A stretch of DNA of 63,907 bases, the filler included, from Chiloscyllium plagiosum (Eukaryota): NCBI RefSeq assembly GCF_004010195.1. It is 4 parts of one record of this genome, joined end to end, with 100 filler letters (N's around TTAATTAATTAA, not from the genome) between each part and the next. Parts side by side here need not be neighbours in the genome. Positions count along the whole stretch, not along the records: positions 56,814 to 63,907 come from NC_057715.1; 3 more parts are not named here. One strand, given 5' to 3'. The position numbers and the translations under genes were made by a program. Under the pieces are notes generated by a model, which worked only from the letters and a program-made list of their open reading frames with translations, had not been told where the DNA came from and ran no database searches. Shown here in pieces: positions 61,356-63,907 of this stretch (its first letter is position 1; every line of letters begins with the position of its first letter).

Positions 61356-62749
61356 GGAGTGTGAACAGAAGTGAGTTACTGACCAGCTGAGATTGAAATA
61401 AATAATGGAGTAGGTTCAATGGGTTGAATAGCCTTCTGTTCTTCCATCGACATGGCCCTGTGTTAATTGGAGATTAAAGTTGTGCACAATATAATCTTTA
61501 GATGTGCAATTAGCATTGAGACTGTAAGCTGATAAAATTCACCTCCAGTCCTGACACTCGGAGCTTGGACAGTTTAAAGATGCACATTAATGTATCCCAA
61601 AAGAAAAATCACAGGAATCTCAGCTTCAGAAACCGAATTGGGAATGTTTTGGCCGAAGCATTGGGAGATTTCAGACAGTGGGAAGAGAAAAGTTAAACTA
61701 AACAGGGATTTAAAATGCTCATGCATCTTGAGCAAAGAGCTCCTTCTATACTTCTGCTGCTGTGATGTTCTGTTTAAACTCCCTACTGCTGGTCTCTCAA
61801 TCACCCACAGCTACTGTTTAAATTATTCCTCCTGTCGTTACAATGGTGAGGGAGTCTTTGTTCCAAATATAACTTCCTTCACCATTGAACTGTGAGCCAA
61901 TTGCAAATGTTAACTCCATGACTCATTGGCATGTCAGTAAACCTTTAGCCCAGCTCAGGGTTTGACTCAGACTAATCTGGTCAGGCAGAAGTAGACCCAG
62001 TCATTAGCTCCAACTTCCTGAGCTCCTCCTAACACCCTCTCTCATCTTTACTCTCACTGACAGCTCCTAACTCAAAGTGATATCTATTACATCACATTTA
62101 TGATCCTCTGAGATAAATTCTGAAGTTTTTAAACCCCAGCTGATGTCACCTGCCTACAAAACCTTCAATGATCGGGCGATTTTAGCTTTATCTGTTTCTG
62201 CCTGATATAAGTTTGCAATGTGCTGTTGTTACACAAACAGATCAGCCAAGAGAATATTTTTATTCAGTTCATGACAATCTTAATCTGTCTATAAATCCAG
62301 TCACAGATCAGCACAGTCTCTCACTGCCTGGGACTGCTGCAGTCACCACATTGCAATTGTACACAAGTTCAGAGAGAACATTTCGAGGGTAATATTACAG
62401 CTTGGTCTTCCTGTCTGAGGGATGTCCTCACATCGAACAGGGGTGCAACAGAAGTGCACGAGAGTGCCCCCCAGCCCTGTCCCGGGATGAGGGGATGTCC
62501 TCTGAGGCAGAGATCATTACACTGTATTATTTAAAATGGAGACTAGCTGCAGAAAGCGGCACATAAAGGAACTTGGGGAGATGTGTACACGAACCACAGG
62601 AAGCTAGCACACACAGGGATAGCAGGTAATCAGGAAGGGCTTACTTCAAAGGGGTTTGGGTATAAGATTATGGAGGTCTTACTGCGACTGTACCAGGTGC
62701 TGTAGAGACCACGGCTGGAGCACTGTGAGCAGTCTTAGTCCCCCAATTT

Positions 62750-63907
62750 CATAGTTTCATAGTAATAGAAGCAGGAGGAGGCCATTTGGCCCATCGATCC
62801 TGCTTCACCATCACGGCTGAACAATCCATCGTTCCAGCTCCCCCGACCTGCATTAGCCCCACAACCCGAAATTCCCCGACCATGCAAAAACTCATCCAAC
62901 TATATCTGAAATATATTTAATGAAGCTGACTCAACTGCATTCCTTGGACAGAGAATTCCAAAGATTCACTACTCTCTGGGAAAAGCAGCTCCTCTTCATC
63001 TCTGTCCTAAATCTACTCCCCCTAATCTTGAGACAGTGTCCCCTAGTCCTAGTCTGACCCACCAGCAGAAACAGCTTGCTTGCCTCCATCTTATCTATCG
63101 CTTCCATAATTTCATATGATTCTAAAAGATCCCCTTTCATTTTTCTAAACTCGAGTGAGTACAGTCCCAAGCAGCTCAACCTCTCCTCAGAGTAACCCCC
63201 TCATCTCCGGAATCGACCTGGTGAACCTCCTCTGCTCCCCCCTTCAAAGCCAGGATATCCTTGAGACTCGAACTACAGCTACATACGCCAGCTGCAGCTT
63301 CACCAACATCTTCTACAATTGCAGCAGAACCTCCCTGTCCTTACATTCAATCCCCCGGCAATGAAAGCCCCTATTCCGTTTGCCTTCCTGATTACCTGTT
63401 GCACCTACAAATCAACTTGTAGCTATTCATGTATGAGCTCTCCTAAGTCCCTCTGCACAACAGCATGCTGCAATTGTTCACCATTTAAATACACTCTGAC
63501 CTACCAGTTTTACTTCCAAAGAGGATACCCTCACATTTACCAACATTGTCCCCCATCTGCCAGACCCTTGCCCACTCACTAACCTATCTACATCTCTCTG
63601 TAGACCCTCAACATCCTCTGCACAGTTTGCCTTTCCACTCAATTTAGCCTTGTCAACAAACTTGGATACCTTACACTCAATCTCCTGTTCCAAATCAATT
63701 ATGTATCTCAGCACCCCGCTCACCACTGGTCTCCAACCAGAGAAACACCCATTGAAAGAACATAGAACATAGAACATAGAAGAATACAGCACAGTACAGG
63801 CCCTTCGGCCCTCGATGTTGCGCCGATCCAAGCCCACCTAACCTACACTAGCCCACTATCCTCCATATGCCTATCCAATGCCCGCATAAATGCCCATAAT
63901 GAGGGAG
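62750..63907 (-). mobile_element. CR1 fragments (62750-63757 and a younger 3' end at 63758-63907)
   Basis: LGLYSLEFRKMKGDL...RTRGHCLKIRG; (agaacat)n tail at 63757-63785. Confidence 0.85.

Overview
Repeat-dense vertebrate genomic DNA, most likely shark/elasmobranch: HE1-type tRNA-derived SINEs and many CR1 LINEs suggest this. It holds the 3' parts of two convergent host genes. APBB1 (FE65) has its last three coding exons on + (29039-29154, 30999-31175, 31481-31648; probable poly(A) signal at 33659). SMPD1 (acid sphingomyelinase) has exons 3, 5 and 6 on - (54275-54446, 48721-48866, 44711-45114). This is the same tail-to-tail pairing as in human. I could not find SMPD1 exon 4 or any upstream exons of either gene; three artificial 44N-TTAATTAATTAA-44N contig joins may hide some of them. 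The rest is mostly decayed transposons: CR1, L1, Rex1, Gypsy, solo LTRs, Penelope-like elements (PLEs), a Harbinger Myb remnant and SINEs. Two observations stand out. (1) A dispersed set of short, often palindromic, TSD-flanked PLE-derived elements carries minimal hammerhead-ribozyme cores, and fragments of candidate autonomous PLE partners lie in the same window. (2) Two near-identical LTRs share one outer 5-bp TSD but enclose about 4.5 kb of ordinary host DNA, and one of them has a 7x56-bp tandem expansion. All calls were made by eye; repeat boundaries are approximate.
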